Of a stretch of DNA of 64,000 nt, positions 18,331-28,095 are shown piece by piece. The stretch covers positions 2,224-66,223 of the forward strand of contig DASUBV010000339.1 in assembly GCA_035763085.1 (NCBI GenBank), written 5' to 3'. This stretch comes from Streptosporangiaceae bacterium. Its GTDB lineage: Bacteria; Actinomycetota; Actinomycetes; Streptosporangiales; Streptosporangiaceae. Position numbers and translations under genes: made by a program. The notes under the pieces were generated by a model. The model did not search any database, was not told where the DNA came from, and worked only from the letters and a program-made list of their open reading frames with translations. Position 1 is the stretch's first letter; each line of letters starts with the position of its first letter.

Positions 18331-18663
18331 GTCAAACTGATTTCGGTGCGCCAGCAGAGTGAGCCGATCACATTCAGGGTGGGCTGCTGTTCGTGATGGA
18401 CGGCAGCCGCTCGCACCCCGACAGTCACAGTGATAGACGTCCTCGCCAGTCAGCGCAGCCCGGGGCGCCGGCATCCGCCGCCACGTCCTGGCTGGTCCTC
18501 GGCGCCTGGCCGGCGATTGCATGCACGCTCGCCACTGCCTTCATCCGGCGGCGCGACATGTGAAATCAGCGACCGCTGGGACCGCATCCCGGCCGCTCGA
18601 CGGGTCACGCACGGACTGAGCGTCAGGGGAGAACGCCGGCTGTCAGGTACCACCCGCGGCGGC

Positions 18664-19224
18664 TCAGCAGAGGTTGCGGAACTCGCGCAGCACGTCCGCG
18701 GAGATGTCGGCGAGGGATCGCTGCTCGCCATCGCGGATCCACTGGGCGAACGCTATCCCGAACACCGTGGCGCCGGATTCGGCCGCGAGGGTGGCCGCCG
18801 GCTCGCTGACGCCGCGCGCCCGCAGCGCATCGGCGACGGTCGTCGCAAGCCCGGCGAGCTTGTGCCGCTCCCGCTCCTGGAGGGCGGGGTTCTTGTCGAT
18901 CACGGACTGCCGGGCACGGGAGAGCGGGCGGCGCTCATCGGGGAAGAACGCCGCCGCCGCGCTGACCGCCGAGGCGACAACCTCCATCGGAGCCGCGCCC
19001 GGCGGCGCGGCGCTGGCCCCGTCGATGAACGCCTGAAAGAACAACTCCTGCCCGTGGAACAGCACCTCTCGCTTGTCACTGAAGTGCCGGAAGAAGGTCC
19101 GCTCGGTCAGCCCGACGGACTGGGCGATCTCTGCGGCAGTCGTCCGCTCGAACCCTCGGGTGGCAAACAGGTCGAGCGCCGCCGCCTGGAGGCGCTCCTT
19201 TGCCCCTGGTTCCCAGCGCACCAT
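18664..19224 (-). CDS. TetR/AcrR family transcriptional regulator
   Basis: The N-terminal HTH LQAAALDLFATRGFERTTAAEIAQSVGLTERTFFRHFSDKREVLF is typical TetR. ATG 19224 chosen. Confidence 0.85.
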   Translation of the reverse strand: MVRWEPGAKERLQAAALDLFATRGFERTTAAEIAQSVGLTERTFFRHFSDKREVLFHGQELFFQAFIDGASAAPPGAAPMEVVASAVSAAAAFFPDERRPLSRARQSVIDKNPALQERERHKLAGLATTVADALRARGVSEPAATLAAESGATVFGIAFAQWIRDGEQRSLADISADVLREFRNLC

Positions 19225-19237
19225 GGTCCTGAGTCTA

Positions 19238-19306
19238 GGTGATGACAGTGACTGTCGTGCAGGTGTATGGTGATGACTGTAACTGACATCAGTCACTGAC
19301 ATCAGT
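19238..19306. promoter_or_regulatory. Repeat-dense divergent promoter/operator region (TetR gene / SDR gene)
   Basis: GGTGATGAC occurs at 19238 and at 19269. Inverted repeat GACAGT-g-ACTGTC at 19244-19256. Tandem 13-bp repeat ACTGACATCAGT(c/t) at 19282-19306, each unit an ACTGA-ca-TCAGT palindrome. Confidence 0.5.
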
Positions 19307-19346
19307 TCGGCAGGCACTCGCCTGCGACAGAGCCGAAAGGAAAGCC

Positions 19347-20258
19347 ATGCGCGTCTTTGTCACCGGAGCCTCCGGCTGGATCGGCTCCGCTACCGTCGAT
19401 GAGCTGCTCGCCGCCGGGCATGAGGTCACCGGCCTGGCCAGGTCCGACGCCTCGGCCGCCGCCCTGCGGGCCAAGGGGGCGCAGGTCCGCCGGGGTGACC
19501 TCGATGACCTGGCCAGCATCCGGTCGGGCGCCGAGGCTGCCGAGGCCGTCATCCACCTGGCCAACAAGCACGACTGGTCCAACCCGGCCGCCTCCAGCGC
19601 GGCCGAGCGCGCCGCGGTGCAGACCATCGGCGACGCCCTGACCAGCAGCAGCCGGCCGTTCCTGCTCGCCTCGGGGGTCGCCGGCCTCGGCCAGGGCCGG
19701 CCCGCGACCGAGGACGATCCGTCCCCGTTCCACGGCCCGGACTCACCGCGCGGCGGCAGCGAGAACCTCGCGCTGGAGTTCATCAGCCGCGGCGTGCACA
19801 CCGTGAGCCTGCGCTTCGCGCCGACCGTGCACGGAACCGGCGATCACGGATTCATCGCCATCCTGGCCGCGATCGCCCGCGAGAAGGGCGTCTCCGGCTA
19901 TCCAGGAGACGGGACCAACCGGTGGGCCGCCGTGCACCGGTCCGATGCGGCGCGCCTGGTCACGCTGGGGCTGGCCAAGGCTCCGGCCGGGACCCGCCTG
20001 CACGCTCTCGCCGAGACGGGCGTGCCCGCGCGCGACATCGCCGAGGCCCTCGGCCGCACGCTCGGGCTGCCCGTCACATCCATCGCTCCCGATGAGGTCG
20101 CCGCCCACTTCGGGTGGATCGGCACCTTCTTCAGCATGGACCTCGCCGGGACCAGTACCGCGACGCAGCAGCTCCTGGGCTGGACCCCCGCCGGACCGAC
20201 TCTTGTTGAGGACATCGACGCAGGCGCGTACGCGGCGGGCGCTTCGGCAGCCCGATAA
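19347..20258 (+). CDS. NAD(P)-binding SDR-family oxidoreductase (atypical SDR / NmrA-like)
   Basis: The N-terminus MRVFVTGASGWIGSATVDELLAAGHEV is a Rossmann motif. Divergent from the TetR gene. Confidence 0.8.
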   Translation: MRVFVTGASGWIGSATVDELLAAGHEVTGLARSDASAAALRAKGAQVRRGDLDDLASIRSGAEAAEAVIHLANKHDWSNPAASSAAERAAVQTIGDALTSSSRPFLLASGVAGLGQGRPATEDDPSPFHGPDSPRGGSENLALEFISRGVHTVSLRFAPTVHGTGDHGFIAILAAIAREKGVSGYPGDGTNRWAAVHRSDAARLVTLGLAKAPAGTRLHALAETGVPARDIAEALGRTLGLPVTSIAPDEVAAHFGWIGTFFSMDLAGTSTATQQLLGWTPAGPTLVEDIDAGAYAAGASAAR

Positions 20259-20290
20259 CGCAGCCAGTTGAGGAACGTGCGGCGCGCAGC

Positions 20291-20698
20291 TCAGGTGACA
20301 AGGACGACCTTGACCCCAACCGCATCATAAGTTCCGCGCGCCCGCGCGTCCCTCGTGGCGAGGGCCACGTCGTGCTCCTTGGCCGCGAGGGCTACCAGCC
20401 CGTCATAGACGGCGCCGCCGGCAATTCCCAGGCGGCTCAAAGTGGCATGAATTGTCTGGGAACGCCGGCTGCTCAGCGCCAGCGGCTTACCGAAGCGCGC
20501 GTCGAGCAGGCGTGCGGCGTCCTCGGCCGAGAGCCTGGCGTCACCCGGCAGCCTCGTGAGGACGGAGTAAGTCTCGGCCAGGGCATGGCCGCTCAGTGCG
20601 ACCTCTTGCCCGTCCCACCATCGCACCACTTCCGGATGGTGGCGGTGTGAGCGAACGAGGAGCGGAACGGCCACACTCGTGTCGACCGCGATGGTCAC
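20291..20698 (-). CDS. vapC: PIN-domain toxin (VapC-like)
   Basis: About 135 aa with N-terminal acidic VDTSVAV and a C-terminal ...ATRDARA pattern. 4-nt overlap with the upstream antitoxin gene. Confidence 0.8.
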   Translation of the reverse strand: MTIAVDTSVAVPLLVRSHRHHPEVVRWWDGQEVALSGHALAETYSVLTRLPGDARLSAEDAARLLDARFGKPLALSSRRSQTIHATLSRLGIAGGAVYDGLVALAAKEHDVALATRDARARGTYDAVGVKVVLVT

Positions 20699-20958
20699 TT
20701 CCGGCCCGCGTCGATGAGACCGAAGAGAACGTCATCGTCGACAGGCGTGTCACCCGCCGACACGAGTACGCCGTCCTCCTCGACGAGGCGCGCAGTCCGG
20801 CCAGCGGGCACGACCTGCACGCCAGCACCGTAGGGAGAGATGTCCACCTTGGTACCCGGGAGCAGGCCCAGCGCGTCGCGGATGAACTTGGGCAGCACTA
20901 TCCGGCCGGCCTGATCCACCACAGCTTCCATGGGATTATCATACCAGTCAAATCCCAT
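20695..20958 (-). CDS. vapB: AbrB/MazE/SpoVT-type antitoxin (VapB-like)
   Basis: The [18 protein letters not shown]...G looped-hinge-helix motif. 87 aa. Overlaps the toxin start. Confidence 0.8.
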   Translation of the reverse strand: MGFDWYDNPMEAVVDQAGRIVLPKFIRDALGLLPGTKVDISPYGAGVQVVPAGRTARLVEEDGVLVSAGDTPVDDDVLFGLIDAGRK

Positions 20959-20993
20959 CGGCCTGCGTCTCCGCGCCTTCGGCCGCTCGGGGG

Positions 20994-21986
20994 TCAGGCT
21001 CCAATGAGCATCGTGGTGAGGTCGGATGGCTGGTAGAGGACTTGCTTGCCGACCCGGTAAGAGTCGACGAGGCCGGTGCGCCGCAGCAGCTGCAGGTGCT
21101 GGTTGACCGCCGACGGCGTGACCGCCAGCTCGATGGCCAGGTCGCTGGTCGATCGTGGCCCGCTGCGCAGGAGCGCGAGGATGCGCAGCCGCTCGTGCCC
21201 GATCAGCCGGCCGAGGTCGCTGGTGTCCGGGCGTGCGCGCATCGCCCAGAGCGCGCCCTGCCCGCGTGCCGGGTAGCCGAGCTCGGGGTGGTGGCCGATG
21301 TCGAATGGGATCACCGCGCCGGGACCGAACATCGTAGGGAAGAGGATCAGCCCTCGTCCGGCGACGGCCTCCTCGCGGCTGGGGTTGCTGACCTGGTCGG
21401 CCCTGAGCCTGCCGTGCGAGTAGCCGATGGTGGGGGCCAGGTTGTTGAGCATTGCCGCGGTGCCGTCCTGGGTGATGATGCGGCCGCGATAAGCGACGTC
21501 TGCCTCAAGGATCGTCCGCATCCGCGGCCAGTAGGGCTCCAGCATGATCTGCCAGTACTGCTCCATTGCCGCGATGATGCGATCCAGTGCGCCCGGACCC
21601 GCCAGGGCATCCGGGAGATGGCCGTTGATGGCCACGAGCTGGCGCTCTACCTCCGCGGGATCGGTCCTGCCGATGATCTCCAGGTCGGCGGCGTAGGTCG
21701 CCAGCGGCCCGGACAGCGGCGGAGTGAGGAAGTCAGGGCTGCCCATCCGGTCGTTCATCAGGCAACTGAGAACCTCCCAGTCCAGGCCGGCCTGGCGGTT
21801 CTGGACCTTCCGCACCCAGGGAAGCTGCAAAGGGAATCGCGCCGGGTCGCGCAGCGCCCGCAGGGACAGGGTCGCTTCGAGCGCGGGCGAGACGGCGAAC
21901 CGGATCTCCCCGAGGTCCTCAGGCGCCAGGAGGTAGGTCAGCACACGCTTGCCTTCGATGTAGTCCGAGGCTTTATTGTTCGCCAT
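20994..21986 (-). CDS. ArsR-type winged-helix regulator with N-terminal DUF5937-like domain
   Basis: The C-terminus HERLRILALLRSGPRSTSDLAIELAVTPSAVNQHLQLLRRTGLV is an ArsR HTH. The N-terminal ~230 aa domain (IRFAVSPALEATLSLRAL...) matches the DUF5937 pattern. ATG 21986 chosen. Confidence 0.75.
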   Translation of the reverse strand: MANNKASDYIEGKRVLTYLLAPEDLGEIRFAVSPALEATLSLRALRDPARFPLQLPWVRKVQNRQAGLDWEVLSCLMNDRMGSPDFLTPPLSGPLATYAADLEIIGRTDPAEVERQLVAINGHLPDALAGPGALDRIIAAMEQYWQIMLEPYWPRMRTILEADVAYRGRIITQDGTAAMLNNLAPTIGYSHGRLRADQVSNPSREEAVAGRGLILFPTMFGPGAVIPFDIGHHPELGYPARGQGALWAMRARPDTSDLGRLIGHERLRILALLRSGPRSTSDLAIELAVTPSAVNQHLQLLRRTGLVDSYRVGKQVLYQPSDLTTMLIGA

Positions 21987-22016
21987 CCGGCCACGCGCTG
22001 CCGCATCGTTGACGGC

Positions 22017-23309
22017 ATGTCCACGGAGATCCGCATGGTCAAGCCCGACGAAATGGCTGACTACCTGAAGGTACTGCCGTACGCCAACGGCCTGCCGCAC
22101 TGGGAGCCTTTCCCGGCCGCATGGCACGCCGGGCCGGAGGCATGGCCGCAGCCCAACGCGCCTGCCTCACCAGCGCAACTGGAGGCCTGGGCCGACGAAA
22201 TCCTGCTGGCAAGCCACTTCCACCCGCAGGCCGCCTTCGCCGACGGTCGCATCGTAGGCGGCTCGGCCATGATCAGCTTCGAGATCACCGTGCCCGGAAA
22301 CCGGCAAGTGCCGCTGGGCGGGGTCACGTCGACAGCGGTGGTCGCCACCCACCGGCGCCGGGGCCTGCTGCGCCAGATGATGCAGGCCATGCTCGACGAG
22401 GCACGCGAGCGCGGAGAGCCGCTGGCCGGGCTGAGCGCGAGCGAGGGCTCAATCTACGGCCGCTACGGCTACGGGCCGGCCACCCGGCGTACCCGGTGGG
22501 AGATCGAGCGCACCCAGGCGCGGTTCCGCACCCCGCGCGCACCTGACGGCAGCCTTGAGATCACCGACGCGGAAACCGCGAGGCACGCCTGGCGCGCCGT
22601 CCATGACACCGTCCGCGTCAGCCGCGCCGGCGAACTGTCAGCGACGCCGGACAACTGGTCAGGCCTGAACGACACCTCCAGCGGCCCGGCAGGCCCGCTG
22701 CGCTACCTCGTTCATCGCGATCCTGACGGGTCCATCGACGGAGTGGCGAACTACCGGCTCCCCTGGTCACCCCGGACCGAGGAGGCCGGCACGCTTGTCG
22801 TCGAGGCGCTGCAGGCCGCCAGCGACGATGCCTACCACGCCATGTGGCAGCTGCTCCTCGACTTCGACCTGACGCGGAAGGTCGTCGCCGCGCCCCGTCC
22901 CAGCGACGAGCCACTGCGCTGGATGCTTGACAACCCCCGCGCAATGCGCGTGACCCGGCAGTCCGACAGCCTGTGGATCCGACTGCTGGACGTCCGGACC
23001 GCTCTCCAGGCCCGCGCCTACGACACCGGCGGGACAATCGTGCTCGGGATCGACTCCGACCCCATGTGCCCGGGCAACGAGGGCTCGTGGAGACTCGACG
23101 GCGGCCCAGACGGCGCCGTCTGCACACGGGTCACGACCACCCCCGACCTGATGATCGATCTCCAGGCTCTCGGCTCGCTCTACCTGGGAGGGATGTCCGC
23201 CGCACTGCTGGCCAGCGCGGGGCGGATCCACGGTGACCGCAAGTACGTCAACCTGCTCTCCCGCATGTTCCGGACCGATCCAGAACCGTTCAACACATTC
23301 GTCTTCTGA
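22017..23309 (+). CDS. Eis-like GNAT N-acetyltransferase (GNAT + central GNAT-like + SCP2-like C-terminal domain)
   Basis: VVATHRRRGLLRQMMQAML acetyl-CoA motif, SEGSIYGRYGYGPAT, and the C-terminal ...LYLGG...MFRTDPEPFNTFVF ending characteristic of the Eis family. Confidence 0.85.
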   Translation: MSTEIRMVKPDEMADYLKVLPYANGLPHWEPFPAAWHAGPEAWPQPNAPASPAQLEAWADEILLASHFHPQAAFADGRIVGGSAMISFEITVPGNRQVPLGGVTSTAVVATHRRRGLLRQMMQAMLDEARERGEPLAGLSASEGSIYGRYGYGPATRRTRWEIERTQARFRTPRAPDGSLEITDAETARHAWRAVHDTVRVSRAGELSATPDNWSGLNDTSSGPAGPLRYLVHRDPDGSIDGVANYRLPWSPRTEEAGTLVVEALQAASDDAYHAMWQLLLDFDLTRKVVAAPRPSDEPLRWMLDNPRAMRVTRQSDSLWIRLLDVRTALQARAYDTGGTIVLGIDSDPMCPGNEGSWRLDGGPDGAVCTRVTTTPDLMIDLQALGSLYLGGMSAALLASAGRIHGDRKYVNLLSRMFRTDPEPFNTFVF

Positions 23310-23494
23310 GCCAAGGCGAATGTGGGGAGCCGACCCGTGCATGGTCCGGATGCCGGGGATCTCCCTCGACGCGGATCAGATCCTCGACCATGCCAGGCAG
23401 GCTGCCGACCGACACGAGCCGGGCGACTACCACCCCCGCGGAGCCCACGTCCACAGGCGTGCGGTCAACGAGCTGGTCGCGTGGCCGCTGACAT

Positions 23495-24664
23495 CTATTT
23501 CAGGAGCTGACGGGCCATCACGACGCGCTGGATCTGGTTGGTGCCCTCGTAGATCTGGGTGATCTTGGCGTCGCGCATCATCCGCTCCACCGGGTAGTCG
23601 CTGACATACCCGTAACCGCCGAGCAGCTGGACCGCGTCGGTGGTGACCTCCATCGCCACGTCGGAGGCGAAGCACTTGCAGGCCGACGACATGAACGTCA
23701 GGTCCGGCACTGACTCGCCCGACATGGCGCGCTCAGAGCGGGCCGCGGCGGCGTAGGTGAGCTGCCGGGCCGCCTCCACCTTCATGGCCATGTCGGCCAG
23801 CATGAACTGGATGCCCTGGAACTCGGCGATGGCCTTGCCGAACTGGCGGCGCTCCTTGACGTACCCGGTGGCATAGTCCAGCGCGCCCTGGGCGATGCCG
23901 AGGGCCTGCGCGGCGATGGTGATGCGAGTGTGGTCGAGCGTGGCCAGCGCGGTGCGGAACCCGCTGCCCTCGGCCCCGATCATCCGGTCGGCCGGGATAG
24001 TGCAGTTGTCGAAGTACAGCTCGCGGGTGGGCGAGCCCTTGATGCCGAGCTTGTGCTCCAGGGCCCCGAACGAGAAGCCCGCATCGCCGTCCTCGACCAC
24101 GAACGCGGAGATCCCGCCGGCCCCGGCGCCAGGCTCGGTGACGGCCATCACGGTGTAGAGCTTCGAGACCCCGGCGTTGGTGATCCACCGCTTGGCGCCG
24201 TTGAGGACGTAGCTGTCCCCGTCGCGGACCGCGCGGGTCTTCATCGCCGCGGCGTCCGAGCCGGCATCGGGCTCTGACAGCGCGTACGAGATCATCGCCT
24301 CGCCGCTGGCCACCCGCGGCAGGTAGCGCTGCTTGAGATCCTCCGAGCCTGACAGCAGCAGCGGCACGGTACCCAGCTTGTTGACCGCCGGGATTAGCGA
24401 GGACGACGCGCAGGCCCGGGCGACTTCCTCGATCACGATCACGGTGGCGATCGCGTCGGCCCCGGCGCCGCCGTACTGCTCGGGGATGTGCACCGCGTGC
24501 AGGTCGTTCTTGACCAGGGCGTCGTGGGCGTCGGAGGGGAACTCCGGGGTCTGGTCCACCTTGGCCGCGTGCGGCGCGATCTTCTCGTCGGCTAGCTGAC
24601 GCACCGCCGCGCGGAGCGCCTGGTGCTCCTCGGTCAGCGCGAACGCCGGGGAATCTGAGCTCAT
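23495..24664 (-). CDS. Acyl-CoA dehydrogenase (FadE25-like)
   Basis: YALSEPDAGSDAAAM, GAKRWITNAG, ...QIYEGTNQIQRVVMARQLL. The real start MSSDSPAF is at 24664. The 785-aa ORF extension is junk. Confidence 0.9.
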   Translation of the reverse strand: MSSDSPAFALTEEHQALRAAVRQLADEKIAPHAAKVDQTPEFPSDAHDALVKNDLHAVHIPEQYGGAGADAIATVIVIEEVARACASSSLIPAVNKLGTVPLLLSGSEDLKQRYLPRVASGEAMISYALSEPDAGSDAAAMKTRAVRDGDSYVLNGAKRWITNAGVSKLYTVMAVTEPGAGAGGISAFVVEDGDAGFSFGALEHKLGIKGSPTRELYFDNCTIPADRMIGAEGSGFRTALATLDHTRITIAAQALGIAQGALDYATGYVKERRQFGKAIAEFQGIQFMLADMAMKVEAARQLTYAAAARSERAMSGESVPDLTFMSSACKCFASDVAMEVTTDAVQLLGGYGYVSDYPVERMMRDAKITQIYEGTNQIQRVVMARQLLK

Positions 24665-24746
24665 GCCCTCGATGGTAGGAGCAAGCCGCATTGGCCCCAA
24701 GACCGCCTTGCCTGCTCCCGCCGGCACCCCCGCGTACGCTGGCCCG

Positions 24747-26012
24747 GTGACGGACGGGCCCGGGGTAGCGGCCGCCGGCGCCCTGCTGTCGGCCGCCGGC
24801 CAGGAGCTGCTGGGCCGGCTCCGCGGGCAGGAGGTCACGCCCGGCCGCGCGCTGGTGCTGACCAGGGACCTGCGCCGGGAGTACCCGGCCGAGCTGGTCG
24901 CGGCCGCGCTCACCCAGCAGTCACTGCGGATGAGCGGCCGGGCCAAGTTCAGCCGGGCCGACGACATGCTGTTCACCCGCGCCGGGCTGGAGCAGGCCAG
25001 TTCCGAGCTGGCCGCCACGCACAGCGCCGCCCGGCTGGCACCGTTCCGGACCGTTGCCGACCTGTGCTGCGGGATCGGCGGGAACCTGACCGCGCTCGCC
25101 GCCGGGGCCGCGGACACACCGCCGGGGCGCCGCCTCATCGCCGTCGACCGCGACATCGCCAGCCTGGAATTCGCCCGGCATAACGCAACGGCCAGGGGCG
25201 CGGCTAGCCCCGTCCGGCCGGTCTGCGCCGACGTGCGGGAATTCGTGGCCGCAGTGCCGCCGCGCCAGGTGGACGCGGTGTTCGTCGACCCGGCGCGGCG
25301 CGCAGGTGACCGGCGGCTGCGCGCCGGGGTGAGCGAGCCGCCCATGGACTGGTGCCTCAGCCTGGCCGGGTGGGCCCCGGCCGTGTGCGTCAAGGCGGCT
25401 CCGGGGCTGCCCCGCGAGCTGGTCCCGGCCGGCTGGGAGGCCGAGTTCCTGGCCATCGGGCGCGGGCTGAAGGAGGCGCTGCTGTGGTCGCCGGCGCTGG
25501 CCTCAGCACCGCGGCGGGCCACGATCCTGCCGGGCGGGTCCGCCGCCGCGCCCGGCGGCGACGCCCGCGCGGCGCACACCCTTACTCCCGAGCCGGGGCC
25601 GCCGGTGCCGGTCGGGCCGCCCGGCGAGTTCCTGCTCGACCCGAACCCGGCGGTGACCAGGGCCGGCCTGGTCGAGGACCTGGCCCGCCGCATCGGCGCC
25701 TGGAAGATCGACCCGATGATCGCGTTCCTGGCGGCCGACCGGGCGGTCAGCTCGCCGTTCGCCCGGACGCTGCGGGTGCTGGAGTCGATGCCGTGGAACG
25801 AGAAGAAGGCTGCGCGTCGCCTGCGCGAGCTGGGCATCGGGTCAGCAGACATCCGCCGCCGCGGGCTGGCCGGGGATGTGGAGCTGATCCGGCGACGGCT
25901 GGGCCTGCGGGGTGAGGGCAGCGCGGTGATCGTGCTGACCCGGCGGGAGGACCGGCCGTGGGGCCTGATCTGCGCGCCGGCCGGGCAGGACCGGCGGGAC
26001 GCGCGAGGCTAG
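24747..26012 (+). CDS. Class I SAM-dependent methyltransferase with C-terminal THUMP-like domain
   Basis: VADLCCGIGGNLTALA SAM motif and DAVFVDPARR. C-terminal block FARTLRVLESMPWNEKKAARRLRELGIG. Start uncertain (GTG 24747 chosen so as not to overlap the divergent fadE start). Confidence 0.7.
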   Translation: MTDGPGVAAAGALLSAAGQELLGRLRGQEVTPGRALVLTRDLRREYPAELVAAALTQQSLRMSGRAKFSRADDMLFTRAGLEQASSELAATHSAARLAPFRTVADLCCGIGGNLTALAAGAADTPPGRRLIAVDRDIASLEFARHNATARGAASPVRPVCADVREFVAAVPPRQVDAVFVDPARRAGDRRLRAGVSEPPMDWCLSLAGWAPAVCVKAAPGLPRELVPAGWEAEFLAIGRGLKEALLWSPALASAPRRATILPGGSAAAPGGDARAAHTLTPEPGPPVPVGPPGEFLLDPNPAVTRAGLVEDLARRIGAWKIDPMIAFLAADRAVSSPFARTLRVLESMPWNEKKAARRLRELGIGSADIRRRGLAGDVELIRRRLGLRGEGSAVIVLTRREDRPWGLICAPAGQDRRDARG

Positions 26013-26098
26013 CGCCGCGGCTTCACCGGGCATGACCGGCGGGAGGGGCCGGACTGGCCTGCGCCAGCCTCGTTAGGGATAACCCCGGAAGACGGCGG

Positions 26099-26665
26099 TC
26101 AGGTCCGGTCCTCGAACTGGCCGGACGAACCGGGAACGGGGCCGGGCGGGGTGCCGTCAGGCCCGGGCCGCAGCCGGGCGCGCAGGGCCTCGCCTTTGCG
26201 CTCGGCGGCCTGGCGCAGTTCTTCCTGGAAGGCGACGATCCTGCCGTGCAGGGCGGGGTCGCCGACGCCGAGCATCCGGACGGCCAGCAGCCCGGCGTTG
26301 CGCGCGGCGCCGACGGCCACGGTCGCGACGGGGATGCCGGCCGGCATCTGGACGATGGACAGCAGCGAGTCCAGGCCGTCGAGATGAGCCAGCGGCACGG
26401 GCACGCCGATGACCGGCAGCGGGGTGACCGATGCCAGCATGCCGGGCAGGTGCGCGGCGCCGCCGGCCCCCGCGATGATGACCCGGATGCCCCGGCCGGC
26501 CGCGGCGGTGCCGTAGGCGATCATGTCGCGCGGCATCCGGTGCGCGGAGACGACGTCGGCCTCCCAGGGCACGCCGAACTCTTCCAGCGCAGTCGTCGCG
26601 GCCTCCATGACGGGCCAGTCGGAGTCACTGCCCATGACGACGCTGACCTGTGGCTGACTGGTCAT
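26099..26665 (-). CDS. purE: 5-(carboxyamino)imidazole ribonucleotide mutase
   Basis: [28 protein letters not shown] motifs. 4-nt overlap with purK. Confidence 0.95.
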   Translation of the reverse strand: MTSQPQVSVVMGSDSDWPVMEAATTALEEFGVPWEADVVSAHRMPRDMIAYGTAAAGRGIRVIIAGAGGAAHLPGMLASVTPLPVIGVPVPLAHLDGLDSLLSIVQMPAGIPVATVAVGAARNAGLLAVRMLGVGDPALHGRIVAFQEELRQAAERKGEALRARLRPGPDGTPPGPVPGSSGQFEDRT

Positions 26666-27909
26666 GACGCTTCCTCCCCGGTCGCAGCGGGCGCCGCGGC
26701 TGACCCGTCGAGGCCGGGCTCACCGGGCAGGGTCTCGTCCTCGACGCAGTTGGCCAGGTAACTGGCCGCCCGGCGGGCACGGGCGGTGACGTCGGCCAGG
26801 TCGGTGCCCGCGACTGTGACGTGCCCGACCTTCCGGCCGGCCCGCACCTGCTTGCCGTAGAAGTGCACCTTGACGCCGGGATCGAGGGCCATCACGTGGA
26901 CCAGGCCCTCGCGCAGGTCGGGCTCGCTGCCGCCGAGGATGTTCTCCATCACCACGACCGGGGCCACCGGCGCGGTGGAGCCTAGCGGGAGGTTCAGGAC
27001 GGCCCGCAGGTGCTGCTCGAACTGGGAGGTGACCGAGCCGTCCATGGTCCAGTGCCCGCTGTTGTGCGGGCGCATGGCCACCTCATTGACCAGCAGCCCG
27101 GCGCTGGTCTCAAACAACTCGACGGCGAGCAAGCCGGTGACGTCGAACTCGGCGGCCAGCCGCAGGCCGAGCCACTGGGCCTGGGCGGCGATGCCCGGCG
27201 ACAGGCCGGGAGCGGGGGCGATGACCTCGCGGCAGATCCCGTCGCGCTGGACGGTCTGCACCACGGGGTAGGCGGCGCCCTGACGGCTGGCCGACCGCGC
27301 GACCAGGATGGCCAGCTCCCGCTCGAAGGCCACGAACTCCTCGGCGATCAGCCCGATGCCGTGATCCAGGACCTCCTGCGCCTGCTGCGGGGTCCGGCAC
27401 ACCCAGACGCCCTTGCCGTCGTAGCCGCCGGAGATGGCCTTGAGCACCACGGGCCAGCCCGCCTGCGCGGCGAAGGCCTCGACGCCGGCCAGGCCGGTCA
27501 CCGAGGTGAACCGCGGGCAGGCGATGCCCAGGCCGCTGACCCGCTCGCGCATGGCCAGCTTGTCCTGGGCGAAGCGCAGCGCCTGGCCGCCGGGCCGCAC
27601 GGCCGTCCCGGCCTGCTCCACGGCGGTGATGAGGCCGGCGGGCACGTGCTCGTGATCGAAGGTCAGCACGTCGCAGGCGCTGGCGAAGCTGAGCAGGTCG
27701 GCGCGGTCTCGGTAGTCACCCAGCACGGTATGGGCGCAGACCTGGGCGGCACTCTCGTCGGCGCTGGCGGCCAGCACCCGGAACTCGATGCCCAGGGCCA
27801 CGGCCGCCGCGCTGGTCATCCGGGCCAGCTGGCCGCCGCCGACCATCCCGACCACCGGCGGGCCCGGCACGGCAGCGGCGTCAGCGGCGGTGTCCGCGAA
27901 ATCCTTCAC
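26662..27909 (-). CDS. purK: 5-(carboxyamino)imidazole ribonucleotide synthase (ATP-grasp)
   Basis: [15 protein letters not shown]-grasp core ([21 protein letters not shown]). Start is GTG 27909, or an internal ATG at 27846. Confidence 0.9.
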   Translation of the reverse strand: MKDFADTAADAAAVPGPPVVGMVGGGQLARMTSAAAVALGIEFRVLAASADESAAQVCAHTVLGDYRDRADLLSFASACDVLTFDHEHVPAGLITAVEQAGTAVRPGGQALRFAQDKLAMRERVSGLGIACPRFTSVTGLAGVEAFAAQAGWPVVLKAISGGYDGKGVWVCRTPQQAQEVLDHGIGLIAEEFVAFERELAILVARSASRQGAAYPVVQTVQRDGICREVIAPAPGLSPGIAAQAQWLGLRLAAEFDVTGLLAVELFETSAGLLVNEVAMRPHNSGHWTMDGSVTSQFEQHLRAVLNLPLGSTAPVAPVVVMENILGGSEPDLREGLVHVMALDPGVKVHFYGKQVRAGRKVGHVTVAGTDLADVTARARRAASYLANCVEDETLPGEPGLDGSAAAPAATGEEAS

Positions 27910-27940
27910 CGCCGTAGCCTATGGCGTCATTACGCTGCTC

Positions 27941-28095
27941 AGCCCTCCCCCCTGGGTCCCGGGCGGCGCCCCGGACCGGGGTTCCAGGGCGTGAACCCTC
28001 GGGCCGGCGCTGCCGGGGGCGCGGGGCGCCCGACTGGGGGTTCCGCTGGGTGACCCCCTGAGCCGGCACTGCCCGCCCTACGCGGGGCCGCTGAC
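27941..28095. repeat. GC-rich intergenic repeat family (GGGGTTCCAGGG box), two tandem ~58-bp units
   Basis: ggggttccagggcgtgaaccctcgggccggcgctgccggg (from 27978) and ggggttccgctgggtgaccccctgagccggcactgcccg (from 28037). The second unit runs into the 3' end of the histidine kinase CDS. Related copies at 32140-32328. Confidence 0.5.

Noticed and set aside
18325-18663. Small ORFs in the 365-bp gap between padR and the TetR gene (for example the 65-aa Cys-containing ORF 18325..18522 and a 44-codon MSRRRMKAV... ORF at about 18430-18564, minus strand)
   Set aside because: There is no RBS, codon bias is mixed or weak, and there are no recognisable motifs. This is most likely non-coding promoter or spacer DNA. 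I cannot exclude a small protein without Ribo-seq.
24665-25852. 396-codon N-terminal extension of the acyl-CoA dehydrogenase ORF (785 aa in the track)
   Set aside because: The extension is antisense to the methyltransferase CDS and is Ser/Arg/Ala/Pro junk. The dehydrogenase family starts at MSSDSPAF (24664).
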